From assembly GCA_021789435.1 (NCBI GenBank), contig JAJYJO010000002.1:3713-67712 (forward strand): DNA of 64,000 nucleotides, read 5' to 3'. This document shows, in pieces, positions 50,071 to 60,900 of this stretch. This DNA is from Chloroflexota bacterium (lineage in GTDB: Bacteria > Chloroflexota > Limnocylindria > Limnocylindrales > CSP1-4). The notes under the pieces were generated by a model. It did no database searches. It was not told the DNA's origin and saw only the letters and a program-made list of their open reading frames with translations. A program made the position numbers and the translations under genes. Position 1 is the first letter of the stretch. Each line of letters opens with the position of its first letter.

Positions 50071-52464
50071 CTACGGGCGGACGGTGACCGTCAGGTCGCC
50101 GACTCGGCGGGCGACCTCGACCCCGGTCGTGACGCCGGCGCGCCGGAGGACAAGGTCCGCCGACGCCTCCCCGACGCGGAGCCCGTGGACGACCATCCGC
50201 TCGACGCCGTCGGGCAGGCGCGGCTGCCGCAGCTCCAGCGCCGCGCGGTCGGCGTGCGCCTTCAGCCCGAGGATCGCCTGGAGCAGCAGGAACGGCGCCC
50301 CGGCCGACCAGGCCTGGGGCGAACAGGCGACGGGGTACGGGACCGGCGGCGATCCCGCCTCGCGCTCGAAGCCGCAGAAGAGCTCCGGGAGGCGGTCGCC
50401 CGGGAACGACCGAGCTGCCTCGAAGAGGCGGTCGGCGAGCAGGGCCGCCCGGTCACCGAAGCCGCGGGCCTTGAGGCCGGCCGCGATGAAGGCGGTGTCG
50501 TGGGGCCAGACCGAGCCCACGTGGTAGCTCATCGGGTTGTAGCCCGGCTGGCCCGCGGCGTGCGTCCGGACTCCCCAGCCGGAGAAGAGCCCCGGGGCGA
50601 GGAGCCGGTCCGCCACGCTGCGGGCCCGTGCCGCCGGGACGATCCCGCTCCAGAGGCCGTGGCCGGGGCTGGAGGTGATGGCGCCGGCCCGGCGCTTCCG
50701 GCCGTCCAGCGCCCCGGCGTAGTAGCGGCGATCGGGCATCCAGAATGCGGCGTCGAAGTGCCGCTGCAGCTCGACGGCCTCCCGCTCGAGACGCGCGGCC
50801 AGTTCCGGCTGCCCGAGGAGCCCGGCCAGGCGGGCCAGCCGGCGCTTCGCGTCGTAGACGTAGCCCTGGACCTCCGCCAGGGCGATCGGGAGCTCGGCCG
50901 GGCGGCCGGCCGCATCCAGGATGGCAGCCGTGGAATCCTTCCAGCCCTGGTTGCGGAGCCCCTCCTCGGTGCGGCGGCCGTACTCGACGAGCCCGTCGCC
51001 GTCCCGGTCGCCCCAGCGGTCGATCCACTCGAGGGCCCGCAGGGCGGTCGGCCAGTGCCGCTCCACCAGTCCCCGGTCGCCGGTCCAGTCGTACGTCGCG
51101 CCGAGCAGGACCAGCCAGAGCGGCGTGGCGTCCACGCTCCCGTAGTAGGGCGTCTGGAGGAGCTCGCCCGAACGGGCCATCTCCCCCACGCGGAGCTCGT
51201 GCAGGATCTTGCCCGGCTCGGCGTCGCGCCGGTCGTCCACCTCGCGGGCCTGCCGCGCGCCGAGGACGGCCAGCGTCTCGACGGCCAGCCCGGGCCGGAA
51301 GGGGAGCAGCTGCAGGGCGGTGACGATCGCGTCGCGGCCGAAGAGCGCGGAAAACCAGGGGATGCCGGCCGCCAGGTAGCGCTCCCCCGGTCCCGGGCCG
51401 GGGGTCAGCAGCAGGCGCAGGTCGGCGTCGCTCCGCTCGAGGATCCGGTCGAAGGACGCGTCGTCGGTCGAGACGGCGGTGCCGTCGTCCCGCCAGGCGC
51501 GTTCGGCGGCGGCCGGGATCTCATCGTCGACCACCGGGGGAGCGGGGAAGACGGTCGAGGCCGGCCGACGGGCGGACGGCTCGGCGACGGCGGGCGCGAG
51601 ACGACGGGCTCCATTCGGCCCGGCCGCCGTCGACTCCGATCCCGGGGTCACCACTCGGTCACCACCCACGCCGACCCGCCAGCCCGGGTGGCGCCGCGGC
51701 GCCTCCACGCGCTCCTCGTCGCCCCAGACCAGCCACCCGAGCGAGCGTCCCTCGCCCGGGGCCAGCCGCCATCGCCAGGAGGCAACGGCCCGGCCTCCGC
51801 CCGCGTCGCCGGCCGGGCCCGTCTCGCCCGGCTCGTCGAAGGCCACGTACGTCCGCCGCCGCCAGCCGTCCAGACCGACGGAGCCGAAGGTGATTCGGTC
51901 CGCCGACAGGGCGATCGGCTCCGCGGCCCCCCGCCCGGGCCGCGAGTAGCCGCGGACCTCGAAGATGTCGGCCAGGTCGGCCGCCAGCTCCAGCTCGAGC
52001 GTGACCGTCTCCGGGCGGTCGGTGTAGTTCACGACTTCCAGCCGCTCCCGGAGGGCGCCCGCCAGCAGGCGTTCCCGGCTGAGCCCAAGCGAGCCGCGGA
52101 TCGGCGGGCGGGCGGCTCCGGCCGCCGGCGCAGCCCCGGCTCCGGCCGTGGCGTCCGGCGGATCGGGGTTGGTGAGCCGGATCCGGTCGCGATACGCGCC
52201 GCCGGCCGAGCCCTGGAGGACCGTGGGGCGGAGTCCGTTGAGGCGAGCGGAGGAACGGGAGAGGAGGCGCGTGTCGTCGCGATAGAGGCCCAGGCCGCGC
52301 GCGTCGGGCAGGATGTCGCCGCCCCGGTCCGTCACCAGGTAGAGGTTGTCGTGCTTGAGGACCGCCACGCCACCCAGGTGGGTCGCCGGCACGATCGCCT
52401 CCCGGCCGGCCGGCAGGAAGCGGATCCCGGGCGGCGTTCCCGGGCCGGCGGAGGCTTCAGCCAC
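50071..52464 (-). CDS. Glycogen-debranching-enzyme-like amylo-alpha-1,6-glucosidase (GDE_N_bis plus six-hairpin GDE_C); start uncertain (GTG 52464 or upstream 52542)
   Basis: 'ERYLAAGIPWFSALFGRD', 'GKILHELRVGEMA', 'YYGSVDATPLWL', 'EGLRNQGWKDS', 'NPMSYHVGSVWPHDTA' are typical of archaeal-type GDE/GH63-like glucosidases. The 5' end overlaps the prfA stop. Confidence 0.7.
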   Translation of the reverse strand: MAEASAGPGTPPGIRFLPAGREAIVPATHLGGVAVLKHDNLYLVTDRGGDILPDARGLGLYRDDTRLLSRSSARLNGLRPTVLQGSAGGAYRDRIRLTNPDPPDATAGAGAAPAAGAARPPIRGSLGLSRERLLAGALRERLEVVNYTDRPETVTLELELAADLADIFEVRGYSRPGRGAAEPIALSADRITFGSVGLDGWRRRTYVAFDEPGETGPAGDAGGGRAVASWRWRLAPGEGRSLGWLVWGDEERVEAPRRHPGWRVGVGGDRVVTPGSESTAAGPNGARRLAPAVAEPSARRPASTVFPAPPVVDDEIPAAAERAWRDDGTAVSTDDASFDRILERSDADLRLLLTPGPGPGERYLAAGIPWFSALFGRDAIVTALQLLPFRPGLAVETLAVLGARQAREVDDRRDAEPGKILHELRVGEMARSGELLQTPYYGSVDATPLWLVLLGATYDWTGDRGLVERHWPTALRALEWIDRWGDRDGDGLVEYGRRTEEGLRNQGWKDSTAAILDAAGRPAELPIALAEVQGYVYDAKRRLARLAGLLGQPELAARLEREAVELQRHFDAAFWMPDRRYYAGALDGRKRRAGAITSSPGHGLWSGIVPAARARSVADRLLAPGLFSGWGVRTHAAGQPGYNPMSYHVGSVWPHDTAFIAAGLKARGFGDRAALLADRLFEAARSFPGDRLPELFCGFEREAGSPPVPYPVACSPQAWSAGAPFLLLQAILGLKAHADRAALELRQPRLPDGVERMVVHGLRVGEASADLVLRRAGVTTGVEVARRVGDLTVTVRP

Positions 52465-53554
52465 CCGTCCCCTCGGCGACGAGGAGCCCCCGGAGCCGCT
52501 CGGCCTGCTCGCTGGTGGCCAGCGCGTCGATGAGCCGGTCAAGGTCGCCGTCCATGATGCCGGGCAGGTTGTGGAGGTCCAGGCCGATCCGGTGGTCGGT
52601 CAGCCGATCCTGGGGGAAGTTGTAGGTGCGCACCTTCTCCGATCGCTCGCCGCCTCCGACCAGGCTCCGCCGCAGTGTCGAATCGGCCTCGCGCTGCCTG
52701 GCCTGTTCGAGCTCGAGGAGGCGGGCTCGCAGGACGGCCATCGCCTTGGCCTTGTTCTTGATCTGGCTCCGCTCGTCCTGGATCTCCACCACCAGGCCGC
52801 TCGGCCAGTGCGTGATCCGAACGGCCGAATCCGTCGTGTTGACCCCCTGGCCGCCCGGCCCGGACGAGCGCTTGACCTCGATCCGGAGGTCCTTCTCCTC
52901 GTCGATCTGCACCTCCACCTCGTCGGCCTCGGGCAGGACGAGCACGGTGGCCGTGGAGGTGTGGATCCGGCCGCTCGATTCCGTGACCGGGACCCGTTGG
53001 ACACGGTGGACGCCCGCCTCGTACTTGAGGCGGCTGTAGGCGCCCTCCCCGGTCAGCCGGAGGATCGCCTCCTTCACTCCGCCGATGCCGGTCTCGTTGA
53101 GATTCATGAGCTCCGCGCCGAAGCGGTGGCGCTCGGCGTAGCGGAGGTACATCCGGAGCAGCTCGGCGGCGAACAGGGCGGCCTCCTCGCCGCCGGTGCC
53201 GGCCCGGATCTCCATGATCACGTTGCGCTCGTCGTTGGGGTCGCGGGGCAAGAGCAGCATCTTGAGTGCCTCGACCAGGCGCTCCTCCTCCGCTTCCAGG
53301 CGGTGGACCTCCTCGCGCGCCAGGTCGTGCAGCTCCTCGTCCTCACCGCTCCCGTCCCGCAGCTCGCGGGCGCCGGCCAGCTCGACGCGCACGTCGGCCA
53401 GGTGGCGGTAGGCCGCGACGACCGGTTCCAGCCGCGACAGCTCCCTGCCGAGGCGGCGGAGGGCCGCCGGGTCGGAGGCGCTCTCCGGCCGGGCCAGCTC
53501 GGCCTGGAGGGCGTCGTACTGCCGGGTGACGTCGAGCAGCTTGGCGTCGATCAC
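52457..53554 (-). CDS. prfA: Peptide chain release factor 1
   Basis: PxT-region, 'SGPGGQGVNTTDSAVR' GGQ motif; GTG start 53554 overlapping the DUF1385 stop. The listed 674-aa ORF has a spurious N-terminal extension. Confidence 0.9.
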   Translation of the reverse strand: MIDAKLLDVTRQYDALQAELARPESASDPAALRRLGRELSRLEPVVAAYRHLADVRVELAGARELRDGSGEDEELHDLAREEVHRLEAEEERLVEALKMLLLPRDPNDERNVIMEIRAGTGGEEAALFAAELLRMYLRYAERHRFGAELMNLNETGIGGVKEAILRLTGEGAYSRLKYEAGVHRVQRVPVTESSGRIHTSTATVLVLPEADEVEVQIDEEKDLRIEVKRSSGPGGQGVNTTDSAVRITHWPSGLVVEIQDERSQIKNKAKAMAVLRARLLELEQARQREADSTLRRSLVGGGERSEKVRTYNFPQDRLTDHRIGLDLHNLPGIMDGDLDRLIDALATSEQAERLRGLLVAEGTGG

Positions 53555-54666
53555 GGCCGACCCCGCGGAAGGTCGCCCTCGGCGGGGCGACCGGGCGCCA
53601 CGGGCGGGGGGTCGGGCACGAAGGGCGCGGGGGCGAGCGGCGGGCCAGGGACGCCCGCAGGCTCGGGGGCGACGAGCGGCTCGGGCCCCGCCGGGGAAGC
53701 CGTCCTGGCCGCCGCCTCCGCCGCCCAGCGCGCCCGGGTGCGCCGCTCGGCCTCGTCCAGCGGCTCGCGCTCCAGGTCTGCCGAGCCCGCCGGCACGGCC
53801 TCGCCGTCGGCCAGCAGGGCCTGCTCCATCGAGACGATGGCCACCTCGATCATGTCGTCGGTCGGCTGGCGGGTGGTGATCATCTGGACCCAGATGCCCG
53901 GCGCGGCGAACCAGCGGACCAGCCGATGGTCGCGATGGCGAGCGGTGAACCGCAGCAACTCGTAACTCACGGCGACGATGACCGGGATCAGCAGGATCCG
54001 GCTGACGACCATGGCCAGGGGATCCTGGCTCCCCACCAGGGAGAAGGCCAGGATCGACAGAATGATGACCACGACCAGGAACTCGGTCCCGCAACGCGGG
54101 TGAGCCGTCGGATATCTGCGGACCGCCGCCGGGACGAGTGGCTCGCCGTGCTCCAGGGCGTGGATCGTCATGTGTTCGGCGCCGTGGTACTGGAAGACCC
54201 GCCGGACATCGGCGGTGCGGGCCACCAGCAGCAGGTAACCGATGAAGAGGCCGACGCGGAAGGCGCCCTCGGCCAGACGCTCGCCGAGCCCGCTGTCGAC
54301 CCGCCCGACGGTGACGGCGGCAAGAAAGAGGGGGAGCAGGAAGAAGATGCCGATCCCGGCCGCGAGCGTCACGACGAGCATCAGGGCGACGGCGGCGCCG
54401 CCGAGCTCGACGCCCTCCTCCGAGGCGGCCACGCTCGCCGAGCGGACCAGCCAGCGGGTTCCCACGACCACGGTGTCCCACAGGACGACCAGGCCGCGGA
54501 GAAGAGGAAGGCGGGCCCAGCGGCCGGATCGAAAGCCGGTGTCGAGGCGCTCCGTGGCCCAGACGATCCCCCCGTCCGGATGGCGGAGGGCCACGGCGAG
54601 CGCGTCGCGACCGCGCATCAGGACGCCCTCGATGAGCGCCTGGCCGCCGTAGGAAGTGCGGGCCAT
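53551..54666 (-). CDS. DUF1385 domain protein (YqhQ-like)
   Basis: 'YGGQALIEGVLMRG', 'QYHGAEHMTIHALEHGE', 'RCGTEF' match the DUF1385 family commonly linked to prfA/prmC. ATG 54666. Confidence 0.65.
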   Translation of the reverse strand: MARTSYGGQALIEGVLMRGRDALAVALRHPDGGIVWATERLDTGFRSGRWARLPLLRGLVVLWDTVVVGTRWLVRSASVAASEEGVELGGAAVALMLVVTLAAGIGIFFLLPLFLAAVTVGRVDSGLGERLAEGAFRVGLFIGYLLLVARTADVRRVFQYHGAEHMTIHALEHGEPLVPAAVRRYPTAHPRCGTEFLVVVIILSILAFSLVGSQDPLAMVVSRILLIPVIVAVSYELLRFTARHRDHRLVRWFAAPGIWVQMITTRQPTDDMIEVAIVSMEQALLADGEAVPAGSADLEREPLDEAERRTRARWAAEAAARTASPAGPEPLVAPEPAGVPGPPLAPAPFVPDPPPVAPGRPAEGDLPRGRP

Positions 54667-54749
54667 GGCGGGGATTCTAGCGGCGGTCGCCCGGCCGGCC
54701 GCGGCCGGTCCGCCGCGGGCCGCCGCCAGGGCGGTCGCGACGGGGCGGA

Positions 54750-54962
54750 TCAGGCGCGTTCGGCGCGCTCCAGGCGACGCTGGAACCGCTCCACCTGGCC
54801 CGCCGTGTCGATGATCGTCTGTTTGCCGGTGAAGAACGGGTGGCAGTTGCTGCAGACATCGACCCGGAGCTCGGGCCGGGTCGACCCGACGGTGAACGTG
54901 GTGCCGCACGAGGCGCAGGTGACCTGCGCCTGGAAGTACTTGGGGTGGATCTTCGGCTTCAC
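54750..54962 (-). CDS. rpmE: 50S ribosomal protein L31
   Basis: 'MKPKIHPKYFQAQVTCASCGTTF...CSNCHPFFTGKQ', zinc-ribbon CxxC...CxxC L31. Confidence 0.9.
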   Translation of the reverse strand: MKPKIHPKYFQAQVTCASCGTTFTVGSTRPELRVDVCSNCHPFFTGKQTIIDTAGQVERFQRRLERAERA

Positions 54963-55047
54963 TTGTATCTCCTCCGACGCCTTCCGTCCGGGCGGCTGGC
55001 CCGGCGGTGGCCGTCGGTCGGGTCCGGTCGACGTCCCGGCGACGAGG

Positions 55048-55314
55048 TCAGGCCTCGCCGGCGAGCGCCTCGACGCGGACGCGCTTCTTGTCTCGGGTTT
55101 CGTGCTCGATGTGGACGGTACCGTCCAGGGTGGCGAAGACGGTGTAGTCCCGGCCCAGGCCGGTCCCAGTGCCTGCCTTGAAGGTCATGCCGCGCTGCCG
55201 GACGATGATCGAGCCGGCGGTCACGAACTGGCCGTCACCGGCCTTCATGCCCAGCCGCTGGCCGACGCTGTCGCGTCCGTTCTTCGAGCTGGAGCCGGCT
55301 TTCTTGTGGGCCAT
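55048..55314 (-). CDS. rpmA: 50S ribosomal protein L27
   Basis: '[22 protein letters not shown]...GSIIVRQRG' canonical L27. Confidence 0.9.
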   Translation of the reverse strand: MAHKKAGSSSKNGRDSVGQRLGMKAGDGQFVTAGSIIVRQRGMTFKAGTGTGLGRDYTVFATLDGTVHIEHETRDKKRVRVEALAGEA

Positions 55315-55319
55315 GGGGG

Positions 55320-56093
55320 CTACTCGTCCTTCTTGGCCCGACGCCGCTTGGGGGCCGGGCTGGGTGATTCATCGGCGGCCGAAGGTGGCTCGGGCTCGGC
55401 CGCGGTCTCGGGCTCGGCGTGGCCGACCGTCTCCTGGGAGGCGGGAGCGGCCCTGGCGGCCCGGCGGCGGGAGGCGGGTTTCGCGGCCGGCGCCTCCTCG
55501 GCCGGCTCGGCTGTCTCCGGCGGCTCGGGCCTCGCCGGCTTCTCGGGCGTCGCCGGCTTCTCCGGTGCGGCGGGCCGGGCGGCCGCCCTCCCGGCTCGAC
55601 TGCGGCGCGGGACCGCGGCCTCCTCCTCGCCCTCGACTGTCCTGGCCGGCGTCCGGGCGGCGAGCTTGGCCGCCAGGGCGGCATCCTCGGCGGCCTGTCG
55701 CGCGGCTGCCTCCTCGAGCCGCTGGCGCTCGGTCTTGACGGCCTCCTCCTGCCGGGCGGCCTCCTGGGCCGCGCTGCGGCCGTCGAAACGGACGTCCGTG
55801 ATGCGGAGAACGGTCTGCTCCTGGCGGTGACCCTTCTTGACCCGCGAGCGAGCCTTCGGCCGGTACTTGAAGACGACGACCTTCTTGCCGCGGTCTTGCC
55901 GGAGCACCTCGGCGCTGACGGCGGCGTCGGTTACCAGCGGCCGGCCGACCGCGGCACGGTCGCCGTCGGCGACCAGGAGGACGCGGTCCAGGGTGATATC
56001 CTGGCCGGGCTCGACGTCGAGCAGCTCCACCGCCAGCTCGGTGCCGAGCTCGACGCGGTATTGCTTGCCGCCCGTCTCGATGACTGCGTACAT
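55320..56093 (-). CDS. rplU: 50S ribosomal protein L21 with ~150-aa Ala/Glu/Pro-rich C-terminal extension
   Basis: N-terminal ~105 aa '[17 protein letters not shown]...[32 protein letters not shown]' is canonical L21. It is followed by a low-complexity AEPK-rich tail ending in 'KRRRAKKDE'. Confidence 0.85.
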   Translation of the reverse strand: MYAVIETGGKQYRVELGTELAVELLDVEPGQDITLDRVLLVADGDRAAVGRPLVTDAAVSAEVLRQDRGKKVVVFKYRPKARSRVKKGHRQEQTVLRITDVRFDGRSAAQEAARQEEAVKTERQRLEEAAARQAAEDAALAAKLAARTPARTVEGEEEAAVPRRSRAGRAAARPAAPEKPATPEKPARPEPPETAEPAEEAPAAKPASRRRAARAAPASQETVGHAEPETAAEPEPPSAADESPSPAPKRRRAKKDE

Positions 56094-56314
56094 GGGCCCT
56101 CGGGGTGGTGCCGGCGGAGGCGCCGGCCGCGGGAGATGCCGCGGAGCATGACAGAATCAGCGCCCGGCGTGGCCGGGGCGCGAAGAGGGAGTGTACGGCC
56201 CTCCCGGGCCAGCGTCAAACGCAGGCCCGGCGCCGTCCAGGGTGCGAAGGTCGGCCGAACGGCGGCCTGGGGCCGGCGGCGAGGACGCGTCGCCGGCCCC
56301 AGCGTCCGCTGCGC

Positions 56315-57802
56315 CTAGTGACCGTGGACGGCGTTCACCAGGTCCGGCAGCAGGTTGGCCGCGTTGGCCGAGCCGAGGCCGGTCACCGGGTCCCAGCCGG
56401 CCGTCGCCGGGTAGCCGGGAATCGAGGCGACCGTCTGGTTCAGGCCGGTCGTCTCGTCGAAGAAGTCGTTCGCGTACCGCGTCGGATTCGAGCCGATCTT
56501 GTAGAGCGCCGGGTTGATCAGGCCCAGGCCCCCGCCGTTGATCTGGTCGGCGATCGCGACCATGCCGGCCCACTGGGGGCAGGCGACGGAGGTGCCGCCG
56601 ATGATGAACCAGCCACCCGAGCCGGCGTTGCTCAGGCCGCCGAGGCCGGCGTTCGTGTCGTAGACGAGCGGGCCGGTCAGGGCGCTGGCCTCGGACGCCA
56701 CGTCGGGAACCCCGCGCATGGCGCCGATCGAGGTCGAGCCGGCCGGCAGGCTGTCCTGGTAGGAGGGCCGAGCGAAGACGTGGCTGAAGCCGCCGCCGGC
56801 GGCGACCCAGCCGACCTCCGCGACACCGGGATGGGCCTTGCAGGCCGCCGGCGGATCGGTGCTGTCCACGACGCGGGCCGTGGTGCTGGCCGGGTCCGTG
56901 CAGAGGTAGGTGCCGCCGACCCCGGTCACCAGCGGGTCGGAGGCCGGCCAGTTGACCGTCGGGTAAGGGATGAGCGTGCCGCCCTGGCGGACCGGCGTCT
57001 TGGTCCCGTTGGCGGTCCCACCGTCACCGGAGGAACCGAGGACGGTCACCCCGTCCGCCGCGGCGGAGACGAAGGCGTGGCGAAGGTTCATCAGCGACTG
57101 GGTGCTGCCGAACGCCTCCTCGGTGGAGGCGAAGCTCTGGCTGATCACGCTCGCCATGTGGTGGTCGACCACGTACTGCTCGGCGTTCATCATGGTCGGG
57201 AAGCCCTGCACGCCGAGCGTCTCGGCCGTCGGCGTGGTCACCAGCAGGATGTTGGCGCCGGGCGCGAAGGAGTGGACGCTCTCCACGTCGAGCGAGACCT
57301 CCAGCGACCAGGCCGCCTTGTTCTCCAGGCCCGTGCCGTTGCCGGGCTGCTGGACGGTGGCCGGGGTGCCCTGGAGGCTGATCCGCTTGAAGGTCGGCAT
57401 GCCCGGGGCGCAGGTGACGCCCTCCTCGCCGCACATCGGCGGCAGGCCGAAGGCCGCGTCGAAGACGTGCAGGTCATGGGCGATCGTGTCGCTGCCGTAG
57501 GAATCGACGATCGCCACGGTGACGCCGCTGCCGTCGAACCCACCCGCGTAGAGGGGGTTCAGGTTGTAGGCGCCCCAGAAGCCCTGGGGCGTGAAGCAGC
57601 GCCGCCCGATCGCGAGGCACTGGGCCTCGGTCGGCGGCGTCTCGCTCGAGGCGACGAAGGCGTAGTCCGAGACCGTCGGCTGCAAGACCGCGGCCTGGGC
57701 AACCGGCAGTGCCGGCGCGGCGCCGAGCGTGGTCAGGGCCAGGGCAACCGAGGCCGACAACGCCCGAACGCGGGCGAGGGATCGCGGAGGTGGCAGGTGC
57801 AT
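56315..57802 (-). CDS. Secreted S8/S53-family serine peptidase (sedolisin-like)
   Basis: ATG 57802 with GGAGG RBS; signal peptide 'LSASVALALTTLGAAPALPVAQA'. 'GVTVAIVDSYGS' (Asp region), 'LGSSGDGG', 'GGTSVACPQWAG' (Ser region). The listed 621-aa ORF has a spurious N-terminal extension. Confidence 0.7.
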   Translation of the reverse strand: MHLPPPRSLARVRALSASVALALTTLGAAPALPVAQAAVLQPTVSDYAFVASSETPPTEAQCLAIGRRCFTPQGFWGAYNLNPLYAGGFDGSGVTVAIVDSYGSDTIAHDLHVFDAAFGLPPMCGEEGVTCAPGMPTFKRISLQGTPATVQQPGNGTGLENKAAWSLEVSLDVESVHSFAPGANILLVTTPTAETLGVQGFPTMMNAEQYVVDHHMASVISQSFASTEEAFGSTQSLMNLRHAFVSAAADGVTVLGSSGDGGTANGTKTPVRQGGTLIPYPTVNWPASDPLVTGVGGTYLCTDPASTTARVVDSTDPPAACKAHPGVAEVGWVAAGGGFSHVFARPSYQDSLPAGSTSIGAMRGVPDVASEASALTGPLVYDTNAGLGGLSNAGSGGWFIIGGTSVACPQWAGMVAIADQINGGGLGLINPALYKIGSNPTRYANDFFDETTGLNQTVASIPGYPATAGWDPVTGLGSANAANLLPDLVNAVHGH

Positions 57803-57974
57803 CGGAGAACCTCCATGCGCGAAGAAGACGCAGGCATGGCGTGAGCGGACACGCGTCGCGAGGCTGGCGCGAGGCTGGCCGACGGCTCCTCCAGCGCCGG
57901 TCGACCGCTGCTCTGGACGGTGAGGCGAATGTGGTACTCCGCCGTCGGGCAGGCTGTCAAGGCGGGCCCGGGCC

Positions 57975-60900
57975 TCAGGACCCGGGCGAACTCCCACCGC
58001 CCGGAAGCTGGGTCCAGCTTCGGCCGCCATCGGTCGTGCGGTAGAGGCGGTGGTCGTTGGCGAGCATCCAGCCGTTGGCCGAATCGACGAACGAGAGCTC
58101 GAACGGCCCGCTGAAGGCCATTGGATCCGGGCTGCGGGGGCTGGCGGGCCAGACGAGGCTGGTCCACGTGGCCCCGCCATCGTGTGTCACCGCCAGCGCC
58201 CCGTCGACGACGGTCGCCCACGCGTCGGACTGCCCGGTCACCGCCGCCAGGTGCGGCAGCGTCGGCGATCCCGGGCTGAGGCTGCTCAACGAGGCGAGCA
58301 GCCGGATCCCGATGGTGCCCTCGGCGCAGGCCAGCACGTCGGAGCCCGCCGCCGGCTGCCAGGTGGCACCACCGTCCGACGTGGCCTCGAGCAGCTGGGC
58401 GCCCGTTCCGACGGATGCGGCGACACAGCCGTGCCGCGAATCGGCCAGCGCCGCCTGCGTTACCGGGCCGTTTCCGACGATCGGTGAAGAGCCGGCGGGA
58501 TCGGGCAGCTGGCGCCAGGTCGCCCCGCCGTCATCGGTTGCCAGGAGATGCCCCGTGGCGGTCACGATCCAGCCATGGGCGGCATCGGCGAAGGAGAGGA
58601 CATGCGCGTTGTAGCCCCCGATGCCGTCGGGCAACTCTGCGGCCCTCGTCCAGGTGCTCCCGCCGTCGGTCGTGCGGACGAACGCCCGAGCGTCGCCGGG
58701 CAGGCCGACGCCGTAGCCGAGCGACGTGCGGACGAAGGCGATGTCGCCGACCGGCGCGGGCGAGGCGGTCGGCCACTGCTGCCGCCAGGTCTGCCCGCCG
58801 TCCGCGCTGGCCAGGAGGTAGCCACCGAGCCCCCACCCGGTCCCGGCGATCCACAGGTGCGTCGGGTCCGGGGCGGCCAGCGCGGTCGCCTCGAGGCCGA
58901 CGCCGGTGATCGGGACGCTCTTCCAGGTGGCCCCCCCGTCACGAGTCACCGTGACCGAGACCTCCAGAGCGTTGGGGCTGGCGCCGAGCTCGACGGCCGT
59001 CGAGCCGTCCGGCGCCGCGAACGGGCCGGGCTCGGCGTCGGCGGAGCCCACACCCGCCGGGGTTCCCGGGAAGTACGGGTTGCCGAGCACCTGCGTCCAG
59101 TGGGCGCCGCCGTCCGTCGAGCGATAGCCGGCGTAGTTGACGTTGCCGGTGGCGCCGCCCAGTGCGCCCTGGAAGAGCCACAGCGCCGAACCCGAACAGC
59201 GGAGGGTGGTGTCGCCGCCGGCCCAGGCCGGGAACGTCGCGGAGACCGCCTGCCATGAGCGCCCGCCGTCGGTCGTGCGGAGGACGCGCGCCCCTGCGGC
59301 CCAGCCGTGGAGCGCGTCGGCGAAACAGACGGAGCCGACCGCGCCGACGGAGAGCGGGCTCCACGTCCGGCCGCCGTCGGTCGTATGCACCAGCGTGCCA
59401 GGCCCGGGGCCACCCGCCGCGTCGATGGCCCAGGCATCGCCGGGGCCGACGACGTCCAGGCCGGTCACCTGGCGGGTCAGCGGGAGGGCGACCCAGCTCG
59501 CCCCGCCGTCAGTCGTCACCAGCAGCCGGTTGCGGACGGATGCCCCGGTCGCTGTCGCCGACGCCGCGACGGCCCAGACATCGCGCTCGTCCAGGGCCTC
59601 GATCTCAACAACCGAATCACTCCCCGACCACTGCCGCTGCCAGGTGGCGCCCCCGTCGGACGTGGCGAGGATCAGACCGGCACCGCCCGCCCAGCCGTGC
59701 GACGTGCCGGCGAAGCCGAGGCTGAACAGGTCCGGGGCGGGCGGCCGGCTGGTCACCGTGGCCGGCGTCCCCGGCGGCGGTCCGCTGGGACTCGGTGACG
59801 GCTGCACGGACGGCGGGACGGACCACGCCCCGAACCAGAGCACGGTCTGGCCGGAACCACCGGCGCCCGCCGGCTCGACGAGAAGCGCGCCGGCCGAGCT
59901 CAGGACGCCGAACCCGGAACCATCCAGCGTGGGAGCCCCCCGCTGGGGCACGACCTGCCAGGCGCTGCCGTCACCCGATGTCCAGGCGCCCGGCGCCCCC
60001 CCCGCGTCGAAGCCGAGGGCCAGGATGCGTCCCCCATCGGACAGGAGGGTCGGCCCCGATCCGCCGAGCGCGAAGGGGACGGCCGCCTGGTCGGCCGGCC
60101 GCCAGACTCGCCCATCCTGCGACCAGACGATGGAGCGGGTCCCGGTCGAGCCCCCGGCCACCAGACCGCCCGCGGCCGCGACCACGAACGTCAGCTCGGG
60201 CGGTCCGCCCGGCACCTCCTTCGCCTCCGTCCAGGACGACCCGTCGGTCGAGAACCACGCACCCCCGAGCGCCGACGGACCCTGCCCGAACCGGCGGCCG
60301 ACTGCCACGAAGCCGAGCGACGAGCCGGCAACCGCGTCCACCACGGCCCCCGGGAAGGCGCCGGCGAACTGCGGGGCGGCGCGCCAGGTCCGGCCGTCGC
60401 CCGACGTCCACATCATCGGCTTCGGATCACCGGTCACCGGCACCTGGTCGCCGGCCGCCAGCACACCAGCCGGGCCCGCGGCCACCGAGAGGATCTGGGC
60501 CCGACCGAACGGCGCCATCGACGCGTCGGGCAGCCGCTGCCAGGTGCGCCCGTCCTTCGAGGTCCACAGCCGGATCGGGAAGGCGGGGTTGCAGCCGAAC
60601 ACGCCCCCGGCACAGGCGGAGTCGCCCGCGGTGGCCGTGCCGACCGCGAGGAGTCCGCCTGCGATGGGCACGACCGTCTGGAGCACGCTCGTCGAGAAGT
60701 CCGGTCCACTCTCGTCGCGCTGCCAGGCCAGGCCGTCGGCCGCCGTCCACACGACCGCCCGCTGGCCGCGGTCGGCATTGCCGACCAGGACGAAGCCGCC
60801 CTGCCAGGCAGTCCCGGCCATGACCGTGTCGCCGTCCAGGAAGGGCGAGTCCGGGCCGCCCGTCCGGGCCGCCTCGGTCCAGCGGATCCCCGCGAACGGC

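Noticed and set aside
52457-54481. 674-aa prfA ORF, 437-aa GT2 ORF (5576..6889) and 621-aa peptidase ORF (56315..58180) with long N-terminal extensions
   Set aside because: In each case the family-conserved protein begins at an internal ATG/GTG with RBS or stop/start overlap (53554, 6397, 57802). The extensions are low-complexity and overlap the neighbouring gene.
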